DNA from: Eledone cirrhosa
Taxonomy: Eukaryota
Length of the DNA stretch: 64,000 bases
Assembly (NCBI GenBank): GCA_964016885.1
Contig: OZ024740.1
Coordinates: forward strand, 130,324,001-130,388,000
Reading direction: 5' to 3'
Both the position numbers and the translations under genes were made by a program. Position 1 is the stretch's first letter. Each line of letters begins with the position of its first letter. The notes under the pieces were generated by a model that ran no database searches, had not been told where the DNA came from, and saw only the letters and a program-made list of their open reading frames with translations. This document shows, one piece after another, positions 43,336-56,838 of the stretch.

Positions 43336-44767
43336 GATACACACATACAAACACATACACACACCCGCACAAACATACACCCACAAACACACACACACAC
43401 ACACAGATACACACATACAAACACACACACACACACGCACACACATACACCCACAAACACACACACATACACACACACATGCACACCCACACACACATAT
43501 ATATATATGGTATAAATATTCGAATATTACTACTTGAAAATATTATGAAGGTTTATGTTGATGCCATAATTGCAAAGATTTGCAGCACTATGAATTTGTT
43601 CACCATTCAGAATAAAATGTATCACTAGACTAACACTCTGTATATTTGTTTCGTTGCATTTAAAAGTCGTACCATCAAAACCAATATATGGTTTATTGCG
43701 CACACTTACGAAGAAATAAATATTATATTTATCCAGTGATACAAATAAATCAACTGAAAACTGTTAACACATAATTGTCTATTAAATATCCTTCGGTTAA
43801 AATATAACCAAATCACTTCTCCACTCGAGCAGAAGTGATTTTAAAAATTTCACGCATTGATAATTTTTCGTACTAAAGGAAACACTAGTTGTATCCAATG
43901 TATATATAAGTGATTCAGATATTTCCAAATAAAATTTTTTTTTTTCAGAATTAAGTAAAGGGTTGGGTTAAAGAACTTTGACCTCTGATATGCGTAGCAC
44001 GGATGTGGACACTGAAGCTAAATATTTTGGCTATAAATATTATATGAGTAGCCAATGACCATACTACGTATTTCTTCTGCCTCAAATCAATCTCATATAT
44101 AGTCAAGAGAATATTGTCATTACTTTTATTATAAAACCATTGGGATTTAATTAAAACAAATATAAAAATACTGGATCCAGTACGTGTATTGTTTACTATA
44201 TATTACGCAGATTCCTTATTATTGTCATGCCAAATGCATATCATATGCATTCCTATCTGGGATTAACTGACGTATCCTTCCCTTTTATACTCATATATTT
44301 GAGGAGAATGTTCATGTGTTGCAAGCATCTATCTATCCATGGTTATTCTTGCGTCTGTGTGCTTCTTTCTTTCAATGTTTGCAGTTTCCTCTTGTTTTAT
44401 TTTCAAAGAATGGATATGTGTTACATGTTCATCTTCAGCATAATTTCACTCACCTATACTGTAGTTGTAATTTTCTATATACAATTATCACATTCATGAA
44501 ATATGTACGCTACTCGAAGATAATATAAAAAAAGAACATGCTTCCATTTCTGAGGTCTTGCAAAGCTGAATATTTCATAAGAGAAAAAAATGTTCAAATG
44601 TTTAAAATATTTCTTGTGTGTTTGGAATACAACTTCGATAAATCATCGAATAATTAATCGGACATATATTTTGAATGTGTGATGAATTGAATCAGTCGAT
44701 ACCGATATTACTGAATATGTTTTTCCGTTTTACGCGCAAAACAGTGAGTAAGTAATCATTAGTTATG

Positions 44768-44865
<98 letters not shown>

Positions 44866-44877
44866 ATATATGTATAT

Positions 44878-44960
<83 letters not shown>

Positions 44961-44961
<1 letters not shown>

Positions 44962-45695
44962 GGAATAGAATGAAACGAAATTTCATTTCTCACTCTTAGT
45001 ACAGCACAACATCGTTCCTGTGTCAGTGTTGAACAAAAAGGTGACGTGGTTGCCTAAACACTGTACGGCGTAATTCGGGCTGTTTGTTTACAAATAAACC
45101 GAGCATTATAATAAATGTTCGGTAAACCGATACGTGCATATACACGTCCATCTATATATATATATATATATATGTGTGCGTGCATGTATGTATATATACA
45201 TACTACTGTACGTCTGTATACATATATGTATGTAGGTATACATACATACTTACATTTAAGTAACTGCCGTACTACGAGTGAGAAATGAAATTTCGTTTCA
45301 TTCTATTCCATTTATTGTTTTCGGTGCGCCCGGCCGACTGAACCCACTCTATATGCAAATTAGGCTGCCCAGCCGTGAATATGCATAAGGAAAATATATA
45401 TTTTCACACGTTCAACCATCTAGCAGGAAGGTATACGATGCTGACGATAGCTAATAAGCTTTAAACTAGTACATCATTCTAGTGTCAGTGTTGAACAAAA
45501 AGGTGACGTGTTTGCCTAAACACTGTACGGCGTAATTCGGGCTGTGTGTTTACAAACAAACCGAGCATTATAATAAATGTTCGGTAAACCGATACGTGCA
45601 TATATATATATATATGTGTGCATGTATGTGTATATATATACATACTGCTGTACGTCTGTATACATATATGTATGGACTTATACATACTTACATGT
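44961..45695 (+). mobile_element. Retrozyme-like hammerhead repeat (family B): inverted piece + 462-nt monomer + partial second unit
   Basis: Monomer spans 45010-45471 and the repeat restarts at 45472. HHR at 45436-45476 (GAAA mutated to UAAA), octamer at 45353-45360. Confidence 0.75.
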
Positions 45696-45911
45696 ATATA
45701 TATAATAAGAGATACTGTTTTATTGGTACACCTTTCTTTTATTACATAATTCCATTATACGTATTCCAGAATGGTTATATAATAACCCCCTGGCATGTTT
45801 TCAACAAATGGAATAAGATGTATTTTCCTATCCATTATTATGCCACTTTTACGTGTTTCACGTTGTGTTTTCAGAGCTGGCCAATTCTCATATGAATAGT
45901 TTTGCTATTCT

Positions 45912-45957
<46 letters not shown>

Positions 45958-45960
<3 letters not shown>

Positions 45961-46396
45961 ATAAAAGAGAAAACACAGGTAAGCATTAAAAAAAAGGATT
46001 TTATCCAGGTATATACGACCGTTTCGTTGGTAAGTGCAATCTCATATTGCTATACAGCAAATAGCAGCCACTCAATAATAATTGTTGTTCACGTCCACAT
46101 TTTTAAAATAGTGAATAAGTTACTCTTAAAAAGCTCTTAATATATAGAAAAACATTTTTTTGAATTGTATTTACTAGTATAGAGAGAGAGGAAGAAAAAT
46201 TAGAAAGTGGATTGACAAACGGAGTAGTACAACGAGAGAGGAAGGGGTAGAATGATTAGGAAGTAGAGTGACAAACTGAGATGGAGTGATAGGTAGAGTT
46301 TGAAGGATTCCTTGATCAGTTTTGATTCGTAGACTGCATGTCGTCGATTTACAGTGTAGGGAGAGAGAGATAGAGAAGGGGTGGGTGGGTAGAGAG

Positions 46397-46441
<45 letters not shown>

Positions 46442-47263
46442 AAATTAATGAAGAGGGGTAGAAAAAGAAGAAGAAAAAGGATAGCAAAAGAGGGAGATGA
46501 AAGAAAGAAAACGAAAAGAAATAGAAAAGGAATGAAGGAGGAGGGAGGGATATGGGTATTGATTTTTGTGGGTAATTAAAGGTGTTAGATACAATAAAAG
46601 GGTAGAAAGTCTAAGTATATGCAGTTTGTCAGGTGGTAGTAAGAGGTTAAGTTTTCGATTTGCGCCTGTAGTATGAACACTTTTCTTTGAGTCTATGGTT
46701 ACAGTAAATTGATCTTTCTATTTTATTGTTGAGTAACTTATTCTTCGAACTCAAAATGTGGAACAGATCAAGGTAACATAACCGACAGTTTCTCATACCA
46801 CTCCGATATGGGAGCGCGTTCGATAATTTTTTCCACTTCAAGATGAATTGATGGTTACTTTCCCTCAGTTGCCAGTTCTTGTTTGCAAGGGTAGTTACAT
46901 AACGATGCTGGGAATGTTTCATTGAATAACGGTGTGTATACCAATGAGCTTTAAATGTATTCCCAGTCGCTCCGATGTAATACCATTTCTGGTTGTCTGA
47001 TTCTACGGTGCATTGGTAAACCAGCTTAGACTGCATACATTCATTATGTAATGGACAGGTTTTATGTAGGTGGCAATTTCAATTTAGAAATTTTTATAAG
47101 TAACTTATTCACTATTTTGTAAATTAGGACGTGAACACAATTATTATTGAGTGGTTGCTTTTTGCAGTATAGCAATATAAGGTTGCACTTACCAATAAAC
47201 GGTCGTAAATACCTGGATAAAATCCTTTTTTTAATGCTTACATGTGTTTTCTCTTTTATCCTT
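45958..47263 (-). mobile_element. Truncated Naiad-type PLE (GIY-YIG) with inverted pLTRs (45958-46125 / 47098-47263)
   Basis: ORF 46647..47036: LVYQCTV...YYIGATGNTFK..H...CRLC. Arms are reverse complements. Confidence 0.85.
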
Positions 47264-47518
47264 TATACTCCAAATTGAATATGATACTTACAAACTTGTT
47301 GAGTTACCCCTAACCGTACGTTGAAACCGTCGATGAAACTGGCTTTCTTAACTACGAATTGGATTACAATAAGCAATTTTCTGCTTCCCTCACTATATAT
47401 ATAAATATATAAGTTATGTTCAATTGCCTTATATATAAAATGTATGCTCAATTGCCTTATATGTATATATATAGATATATATATATAAACGGAATATATA
47501 TATATATATATATATAAA

Positions 47519-47636
47519 CGGAAAAAATGAAACGAAGTATATTCCCCACTCTTAGTACGGCTGTTATTTAAATATAAGTATGTACACGTACATACATATA
47601 TGTATACAGTAGTATGTATATATATATACATACATG

Positions 47637-47667
<31 letters not shown>

Positions 47668-48300
47668 GTACGTATGGATTCTCCGATCATTTATTATAAT
47701 GGTCGGTGTGTTTGTAAACAAACATCCCGTATTAAGCCGTAGTGTCTAGCAACCATCGTTGCTTGTTTGTTCGACACTGACAAAGGAACGCTGTACTAGT
47801 TTCAAGCTTATTAGCTAACATCAGCAACGTATATCTTCCTGCCAGATTGTTGAACGTATATACTTACCTTATGCATATTAACGGCTGAGTAGCCCAATTT
47901 GCATATCGAGAGGGTTAATCGGCCGGGTGCACCAAGTAACAGCCGTACTAAGAATGGGAAATGAAATTTCGTTTCATTTTTTCCGTTTCATTTTTTCCGT
48001 TTAAGGCAATATGCATAAGGTAAGTATATACGTTCAACAATCTGGCAGGAAAGTATACGTTGCTGATGATAGCTAATAAGATTGAAACTAGTACAGCGTT
48101 CCTTTGTCAGTGTTGAACAAACGAGCAACGATGGTTGCTAGACACTACGGCTTAATACGGGATGTTTGTTTACAAACACCCCGAGCATTATAATAAATGT
48201 TCGGTGAATCCATACGTACATATATATATGTGTGCATGTATGTATATATATATACATACTACTGTACGTCTGTATACATATATGTATGTACGTATACACA
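47519..48300. mobile_element. Inverted dimer of family B hammerhead repeat
   Basis: Minus unit at 47519-47935 (HHR 47789-47829, octamer 47897-47904). Plus pieces at 47938-47985 and 48008-48300. Confidence 0.75.
48058..48098 (+). ncRNA. Minimal type I hammerhead (family B), intact core
   Basis: CGUUG-CUGAUGA-U-AGCU-AAUA-AGAU-U-GAAA-C-UA-GUA/CAGCG. Predicted cleavage after 48093. Confidence 0.72.
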
Positions 48301-48498
48301 TATATATATATATATATATATATTGGAATAAATGCTCTGAAATAGCGATATATATGTGAATATAGACATAGAATATTCGAAAATATTCTGTATGTTTATA
48401 ATAAACATTTTGAAGACCTAATCGCTATAGAATAGAATACGTCACGTATATATATATACACACGTATATATATATACACACCCACATATATATATACT

Positions 48499-48596
<98 letters not shown>

Positions 48597-48959
48597 GGTG
48601 TGTATATATATATATATGTTTATATATATGTATATATATGTATATATATGTATGTATATATATGTATATATATATATTTATATATATACACATAAGGCAA
48701 TTGAGCATACATTTTTATCGTCGGTAATTTGAGTTGTATGTTGGTATTTACATGCCAGCATATAGCGTCTGCTTTTGTTTAAAAAAAGAGACATATGCTT
48801 CAGGGTTATTGTTTACAACAGGTGCTGAATCAATTTGAAAATTAAGTCCTCTTTCAATCTTTTCACTTTTCCTAACCTACGGACATAATTCGTGAGCGAA
48901 ATTTTATTCATTAAGTATTTGCTATCAATATGACCTTTCCCTCTTCGTTTACCCCATTT

Positions 48960-49008
<49 letters not shown>

Positions 49009-49619
49009 CTCTGCTTCACACACACACACACACACACACACCCACACACACACACAATACATATTGAAATGAAAATAATCATAGTAATAACAGTAAGAAA
49101 AGTGAAAATATAGCACAGCCCTTTCTGCTCACAGAATGTTTTTGTAAAAATGGAAAACGGAATGATTTTTCATGTTACGCAAACACTGGTTTTGAATATA
49201 ACTGTAGGTAATATACACACATTCATATTCATGTGCATCAGGGATGATGAAATATATTGCGTGATGCCATGTTATTTAATGTCAGGCGGCCAGGTTATAA
49301 TGTCACAAGTAATTTTTAAAAAATCGAGATATACTTTATTTTTTAATCCCCGTATTCTATTTATGTGCCTCTCTCTCGGTGTATCTATACCGCTCACTCT
49401 TTCCTTCTTTCTCTCTTCTTATGTATATGTACACATACACACACAGACATATACACACACAAACACACACACATACACACACACACGCATACATTTATAA
49501 ATAAATAGACATATATGCATATATGTATATTTATATATATATATATAAAGAAAAGGAGATGAAATCGAAAATGCAACTGGAGTCTTATTTTAAAAAAATA
49601 TATATATATTTATTTGGTT

Positions 49620-49657
49620 CCTTTACCGGTTTCGCAGTCCTTCTGCTTTTCAAAAGG
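49620..49657 (-). ncRNA. Minimal type I hammerhead with U3:A8 core (UUGAAAA)
   Basis: CCUU-UUGAAAA-GCAG-AAGGA-CUGC-GAAA-C-CG-GUA/AAGG. The sister copy at 50801-50838 has a damaged stem I. Confidence 0.68.
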
Positions 49658-50048
49658 TGAGTTGAGATGGAGGGTCTGTGGTTTTTCTCACATCTGGTTG
49701 GTCTCTGAATGTTACTTGTTTTATATGGAAAAAGTGGCTTGAAATGCCAGATTTTTCGAGAAGTAATTTGATTGGTTTGTCAATAATTACAATAAATTTC
49801 GCGCCAGTTGCGTTACAATAGTTCTTCAAATAAGAGGGGGGGGGGGGTTGTCACAGGTTGTTTTTTCATATATGAGTGTTTGAATTTCTTTTTACTTGAA
49901 AAAAGGGGCTCACGAAGGCTTTTTTTTGGTTGGTTATAAATGAAATTATGGCTGTCACATGAACAAGTTTTCATTAAATTTTTGTGCCCTTATTTGGAAA
50001 TACATTCTGTAGCCTTTTTAGAGAATTGTATGATAAGTGAAAGATAAT

Positions 50049-50233
50049 TGTTTCTACTTTAGGCACAAGGCCAGCAATTATCCAGTGCATTACTGGTACT
50101 TTATTTTATCGACCCCGTAAGGATGAAAGGCAAAGTCAACCTCGGCGGGATTTGAACTAAGATCGTAAAGGGACGTAACTATGCTGGAAAGCATGGCGTC
50201 CGACCCTCCACCGATACTGCCAATGCACCGCCC
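50049..50233 (-). mobile_element. Deu/Nin-like SINE with 20-bp TSD
   Basis: TSD tatgataagtgaaagataat at 50029-50048 / 50234-50253. The empty site is visible in the opposite arm. Confidence 0.9.
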
Positions 50234-50972
50234 TATGATAAGTGAAAGATAATGGTCAAGAGAAAGGGATGGGAGAATTGTTCTGGTTCAGTGAATATGG
50301 TTAGTGTGCTGTGAATATGGTTAGTTCGCTTATTCAATTGAAAATCTGAATTCTGACACCCCAGCGAACTAACCATATTCACTGAACCAGAACAATTCTC
50401 CCATCCCTTTCTCTTGACCATTATCTTTCACTTATCATAAAATTCTCTAAAAGGGCTACAGAATGTATTTCCAAATAAGGGCACACAAATTTAATGAAAA
50501 CTTGTTCACGTGACAGCCATAATTTCATTTATAACCAACCCCAAAAAAGCCTTCGTGAGCCCCCTTTTTCAAGTAAAAAGAAATTCAAACACTCATATAT
50601 ATGAAAAAACAACCTATGACAAACCCCACTTCTTATTTGAAGAACGCGAAATGGCACGAAATGTATTATAATTATTGACAAACTAATCAAGTTACTTCTC
50701 GAAAAACCTGGCATTTCGAGCCACTTTTTCCATATAAAACAAGTAACATTCAGAGACAAACCAGATGTGAGAAAAACCACAGACCCTCCATCTCAACTCA
50801 CCTTTTGAAAAGCAGAAGAACTGCGAAACCGGTAAATTAACCAAATAAATATATATATTTAAAAAAAAAATATGACTCCAGTTGCATTTTCGATTTCATC
50901 TCTTTTTCTTTATACTTTCACTGTAGGACACCTCGGTTATTTTTCAATTTGTAAAAAAAACCTCACTCTCTA

Positions 50973-51006
<34 letters not shown>

Positions 51007-51212
51007 ATCTATATACATATAATAATAATTGATTCTACTTTTTGGCACAAGGCCAGCAATTACCCAGTACATAATAATAATACTATTTATAGTTATGTAT
51101 ATACTATAAGCAACTATAAACAGGAAAGATCAGTGATTTCCAACTACCTTTTACCAGTAAGAGAAATAGCTCAATATAAGAACATCAGTTGTTTTACAGA
51201 GCGGGAAAATAA

Positions 51213-51950
51213 ATAAATTAGTCATTTATCAAAGTTGTGTTGAAATCATTTAATAGCTGACAATCGTTTCTTCCAAACTATCGTTTGGATTATTCGGAGC
51301 ATTATCCATGTTTGTACATTTAATTAACCTCCTTTTCAAATGAAAAATAATATAGATACATATATATTGATGCTGTGAGCAACACTCTCATAGTTACAGG
51401 GTGGAATGGATGTGACATATATTTTACGAGATTTGTACAACATTCAAATTAAAATTAAAATCACAGAGTGGAATACATGCAACAGATAATATAAGAGAAT
51501 AGTCTAATAATTAAATAGGCATTGAGAAAGGAGCTTTGAGAAAGAAAGAGTTCATTAGTAATACATATACAAGCGTGTAGAAAGTGCACATGCGTTAGTC
51601 ATATATATGAGAAGGAAATAAGCAAAGTTAATATGCATATATACAATTTAATTATTAGACTATTCTCTTATATTATCTGTTGCCTGTATTCCACTCTGTA
51701 CCTTTAATTTGAATTTGAATTGTTGTACAAATCTCGTAAAATATATGTAAAGTCCATTCCACCCTATAAATATGAAACTTTTGCTCACAACATCAAAACA
51801 TATGTATCCATATTATTGTTCAGTTGAATAGGAGGTTAATTTCATGTACAAACATTGGTAATGCTCCGAATTCTCCAAACGATAGTTTGGAAGAAACGAG
51901 TGTCAGCTATTAAATGATTTGAACACAACTTTGATAATTGTCTAATTTAA
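51213..51950. repeat. Inverted repeat with ~300-bp arms, pLTR-like, degenerate hammerhead
   Basis: 51213-51516 pairs with 51647-51950. Contains UCCAAAC-GAUA-GUUUGGA-A-GAAAC-GAKU-GUC. An extra inverted piece lies at 52095-52150. Confidence 0.8.
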
Positions 51951-51951
51951 T

Positions 51952-52085
<134 letters not shown>

Positions 52086-52149
52086 TGTATATATAATTAA
52101 ATTAGACAATTATCAAAGTTGTGTTCAAATCATTTAATAGCTGACACTC

Positions 52150-52210
<61 letters not shown>

Positions 52211-52323
52211 AATACATATATATATATATTTAATTATATATATACATAAATATATATATATATATACATATATAAGTATTTAAAAATCTATATATATATA
52301 TATATTAATATAATATATACACA

Positions 52324-52414
<91 letters not shown>

Positions 52415-53399
52415 GGAGTTAAGTATGAGGGAGAAATTGAGGGTTAGATATATAGACATATATTCCTTCGCTCACAACCTACATAATGACATCTTTGTAT
52501 ATTTATATATTTTTTTCTTTTAACTTGTTCTAGTTGCAAATATATATGTACAGATACACAGAGATGTTTTTATACAGCAACATATAAATCTCAATAAACG
52601 CAGTTTCCACATAATCATATATATATACATAGAAAGTTGTATTTTATAATCATGTTCGTGTAATTCTTTGAAAGTGTGCAAATCACTTAAATTAATGAAG
52701 CAGAATAAATGTAACCATAAATGTATGACAATAATATAATAAGATTAATTACATAAAATGTTATAATGTACAAATATCTTGATACATAAGTAGCATGTCG
52801 TATGCTAATAAATTCACACATCATTATTTTTTCTGTCGTATCATTAAAATTATGTTTCTGTGAAAATCATATGTAATGAGGAAAAATATAGAGATTGAAT
52901 AAACTTTATTTAAAAGTGGTAATAGGGAGGCCGAATCGCAGAAGCGAATGTTTTGGTTATTGATGTCTATGAACGTGTCATACTTGGTCGCGGATGTGCA
53001 TGAAGTGTCATTTACTTTTCTGTAAATTACAATGTGTACACGTCTCATTTTAAAGCCGTGAACTGGGATACTAGAACCAATTAGGCAAGGATACTTGAAG
53101 GTTGAGATACACTCAAATGAATCATTCATGCTTCAATCTATTCTTTTTTTTATAATGAAGCACTTTTATTTTAAAGCAATCAGTAATGCTGAAAACCAGT
53201 AATTTAGTTATAAATATTTTAAGAAGTTATATAGAATTTGGCAAATTTAGCTAATGTTTTACCAAGTTATATAGAATTATGTGAAATTAGATATAACTAT
53301 ATTTTAGCAAGATATATGGAATAATGAAACTAATTCAGTCAAGATTATTTGATGTATTAGTCTAGAGTCTAGACTAACATACTTAATTACCGAAAATCC

Positions 53400-53522
53400 T
53401 TAGCCGCCCACCAACATTTGTGATCGCCCACCATTTCCTAAAAAATTGTTCATCTTCCACCGATAGTTGAAATAACCCACCGGTAGGCGATATCGCCCAG
53501 GTTTGGAAACCCTGGTCTAGAC
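53400..53522 (+). mobile_element. Terminus of hAT/Charlie-like DNA transposon
   Basis: TIR-like gtttggaaaccctg (53501-53514) followed by a gtctagac target-like 8-mer. No partner TIR seen. Confidence 0.5.
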
Positions 53523-54189
53523 GGTGTGAAAGTACATAGTTCCTTTTCACATACATGTGTAGCTCTAACCTGATTCTTTAACAGTGCATATGCTACCTTA
53601 ATGACAGGAATCGACAGCCTTCTTCTGTATATGGCTTCGCTGATGACCAGCGTAAGTTAGGCAAACACACCCACACTCATTAAACATCCAATCATATTGA
53701 GCATATGGAAATCCTAGTGAATAAATATCGTGCAGAATCTTATTCCGTTCCGATACCTCTTTAATATTACATTTTCCACAAGAGATTTTTTAAATGTTCA
53801 TTTCCCGGTAAACACTATTTGGCTGCAAATAGATCGATCTAAGGCATTCTCTTACCAGTTATTTTCTCACTTTGATTTTTGTGTTTATCAATTTATATTT
53901 AAACTAATCTCTATACCCAAGATTTTCAAAGTAATCTCTATACCTAAGATTTGGTTTATGCATTGGACTACATAAAACGCTTACGAATAGGATCATCTGG
54001 CATTCGTAGAAACGTGGCCACTCCAGTGCAATTACGTTGAAGAATGAGTTTCAAATCCTTCAAAACGACCGGTATCCCGAATCTCAACATCACTCATATC
54101 TATTTGCCAGTATATACCGAGTATTAAGTGAATACAATGTTGATGAATATGTTAATTTAAAAATAAGTAATAAATTCCGGTGGTGTATG

Positions 54190-54560
54190 ACGAAATTGCT
54201 CGTGCACACCACAATGAAAACAATATACATTTTCTGCAAACTTTTAACTTTGTATCAATGGATATTTCACATCAACAACAGTGCCGCCCATCAAATTTAC
54301 CAGAGGAATATCTTACTTTCATTATTACTAATGATATAAGAGGGCGGTGGATTGGCAGTATCGGTAGAGGGTCGGACGCCATGCTTTCCAGCATAGTTAC
54401 GTCCCTTTACGATCTGAGTTCAAATCCCGCCGAGGTTGACTTTGCCTTTCATCCTTACGGGGTCGATAAAATAAAGTACCTGTAATGCACTGGTTAATTG
54501 CTGGCCTTGTGCCTAAAGTAGAAACAATTATTAGTAATGATATTTCCTCATCGATACTTT
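54190..54560 (+). pseudogene. Possible Tc1/mariner transposase remnant, split by a SINE
   Basis: WIFHINNSAAH resembles the WxFQQDxAPAH motif. Confidence 0.35.
54343..54527 (+). mobile_element. Deu/Nin-like SINE, best-preserved copy
   Basis: A/B-box head and gcctttcatccttacggggtcgataaaataaagtacc core. TSD attattaStaatgatat. Confidence 0.88.
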
Positions 54561-54899
54561 TTATCATGTTAACTCTGCTCCATAATTACACACATTTATA
54601 AAAAACATTCACCTTTTTGCCATATTCATAATTGCTTGTCTCATGCCGCTCTTCCGCTTTTCTGTAGCTAACTACAAAAAAGCGGAAGTGCGGCATCTCA
54701 CTCTCAGCTTGATCAGCCATATCATAATTATCTACATGAAAATATCCGCGTATCAAATAAATAAAATAAAAATGTTGTTTTGATAAGAAACTGCCTGATG
54801 TTAAAACAACCTCACCGTTATTCGATACTTACTATACATTCCATGTGTACAGTCTTCAAATGGCATACGGAAAACCATAGAAAAAAGACAGAGCAAAAT

Positions 54900-56150
54900 T
54901 GTGCGTGTTGGTATATGCCCATGTTGTGATCTATTTCATGAAAAATTGCATCAAACACCTGTTCATCTATGTTGATACAAGCGTGCATACCATCGTACAC
55001 ACCTCTCAGGATTGATGTGAATATATCGAGATAATCGAGATTAGTCAGAATCTTCCATTAGGAAGTTCTATTCACTCTATTATTTATTCACTCTAAATCT
55101 CTTCTCAACTCAGCAATGACGTTTCATTCTCTCTTCCTCAATAACCCTCTCATGTACTTACTTCAGACGATCATGCGTGTTATCCATCTTCCACGTTTAA
55201 AGCCACACAGCGACTCGGGTACAAATCATTGCAATATATGTTATCAACTAATCTGTTGTACATAAAACTACACAAGTTATTTCCCGCAAGTTATAGTGGA
55301 CTATTCCACGATAGTTACCACCATGGTCATGTGTTTCTTTCCAGTCATGCAGATTTTATCCCAATCCTTACGTATCAAAATTATAAGAAGTCGATGAATG
55401 CTTCGTCTTCTATATTTCAGTACTTCAGCTCCAATTTCATCCTTCTCTGCCAATTCTAAATTATTGAGTTGTTTTACAGTCATATCCACTTCCTGTAAGG
55501 TCAGATTTTCTGCTCCTACATCATTTGTAGGTCAATTAGTTAAATGAGTCCATATACACCTCATTGGTCAGGGAGGGCCTATTCAAATTTATTTGAATTG
55601 TTCGCCAAATTTAGAGGGATGACATTTGGATCTGTAAATAAGTCGTTACCATTCTCAGAGTTTAAATGAAGGAAACAAAATAACAATAGACGTCTCGTAA
55701 TAAGGTGTAAATTAAATTCGTATTATTGGCATCAGATGCAGCCTGAATCTCCGATAAACTTCTCCAACTTACATCTTTCTTACATGTAACAAAGTCTGCG
55801 CTGTATATTGGTGTTTGCCATCTTCAGAAATATATCACTTCTTCCACCATCGTGCCCTCCTATAAGCACTTTCATCTTAGTTGCATTCTTTTCGTTAATT
55901 CGCACTTGAATACCTCCTTCATATTAATTAAATAACCATGATATTTCATATCAATAAAACAAATCAGAGATGCCGAGGTATCTTAAACGGAAGCTTTGAA
56001 ATCTTACTATTTCTTACAATGTGTCATCACATTGAATTCCGTCGAACTTTTACATCAGCTCTTTCATTAATGACTATCATTAAGCAAAGCAATATGTTAT
56101 TACATTATTACACACCCCTTACTAGTTTTTCAACATCATTAAAATTCTTA
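54900..56150 (-). pseudogene. Possible degraded hAT transposase
   Basis: GGIQVRINEKNA (resembling GVQARIKEKN) near 55900 and RWITR near 55185, in the expected order. Confidence 0.3.
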
Positions 56151-56838
56151 CTTTAGTCGGAATGAGACGGTGGTCTGTAGAACACTCAGATACTCACAAC
56201 ACAGACACAAACGCTGATGTCTTTGAACATTATGCCTACGCACAAGTATATCATGTGCAAAAACGTTTAACCTGTATGTATCCAGGATGTCTCCTGCTAT
56301 ATGTAAACTGAGCTCCTCACACAGTTGCAGATGTACAAAGTTATTACAAATAGTTTCCTATGACATGTTTACATATTACAACCCAGTTTCAGTCTTCTTG
56401 TTCAACACTACGACCCATCTACGAATATGTTGGTGAACTTAGGAAAAGAGTCCTTTACGAAACATAAAATACACATAGTCGCAACATTATTTTGTTCGGC
56501 TACGGCAAGTCATATACATGCAACAAACGTGAAAGAAGTTTAATCCTTTACCATTTACTTTACTCTATATAAACTATTGTATTTTCGTGGTAAAGGTTTT
56601 ACTTCATACAATTAATGTTATATAATATCGAATCTATTGGATTTTGATATTATTTAATTTGAGAACAATAACTTAACATAAATATGAGCAGCCTGTTATG
56701 GTCGGTTTGAACAGAAAGAGGTTAGAGAAATCTGGTCGCATACGGCCGGTTTAAATGTTGAAGTGTTAGATAAAGTTTGATGTGTTTGAATTAATTAGAA
56801 TTATATTAAAATGACAATGGCCAAAATATATATATATA

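Larger units (their letters stand above)
49543..50913. mobile_element. ORF-less foldback element (inverted pLTR-like arms ~550 bp) with U3:A8 hammerheads
   Basis: Left arm 49543-50303 (interrupted by a SINE) is the reverse complement of 50369-50913. Confidence 0.85.

Noticed and set aside
56540-56770. piggyBac-like MITE with TTAA ends
   Set aside because: Termini are too degraded to pair reliably.
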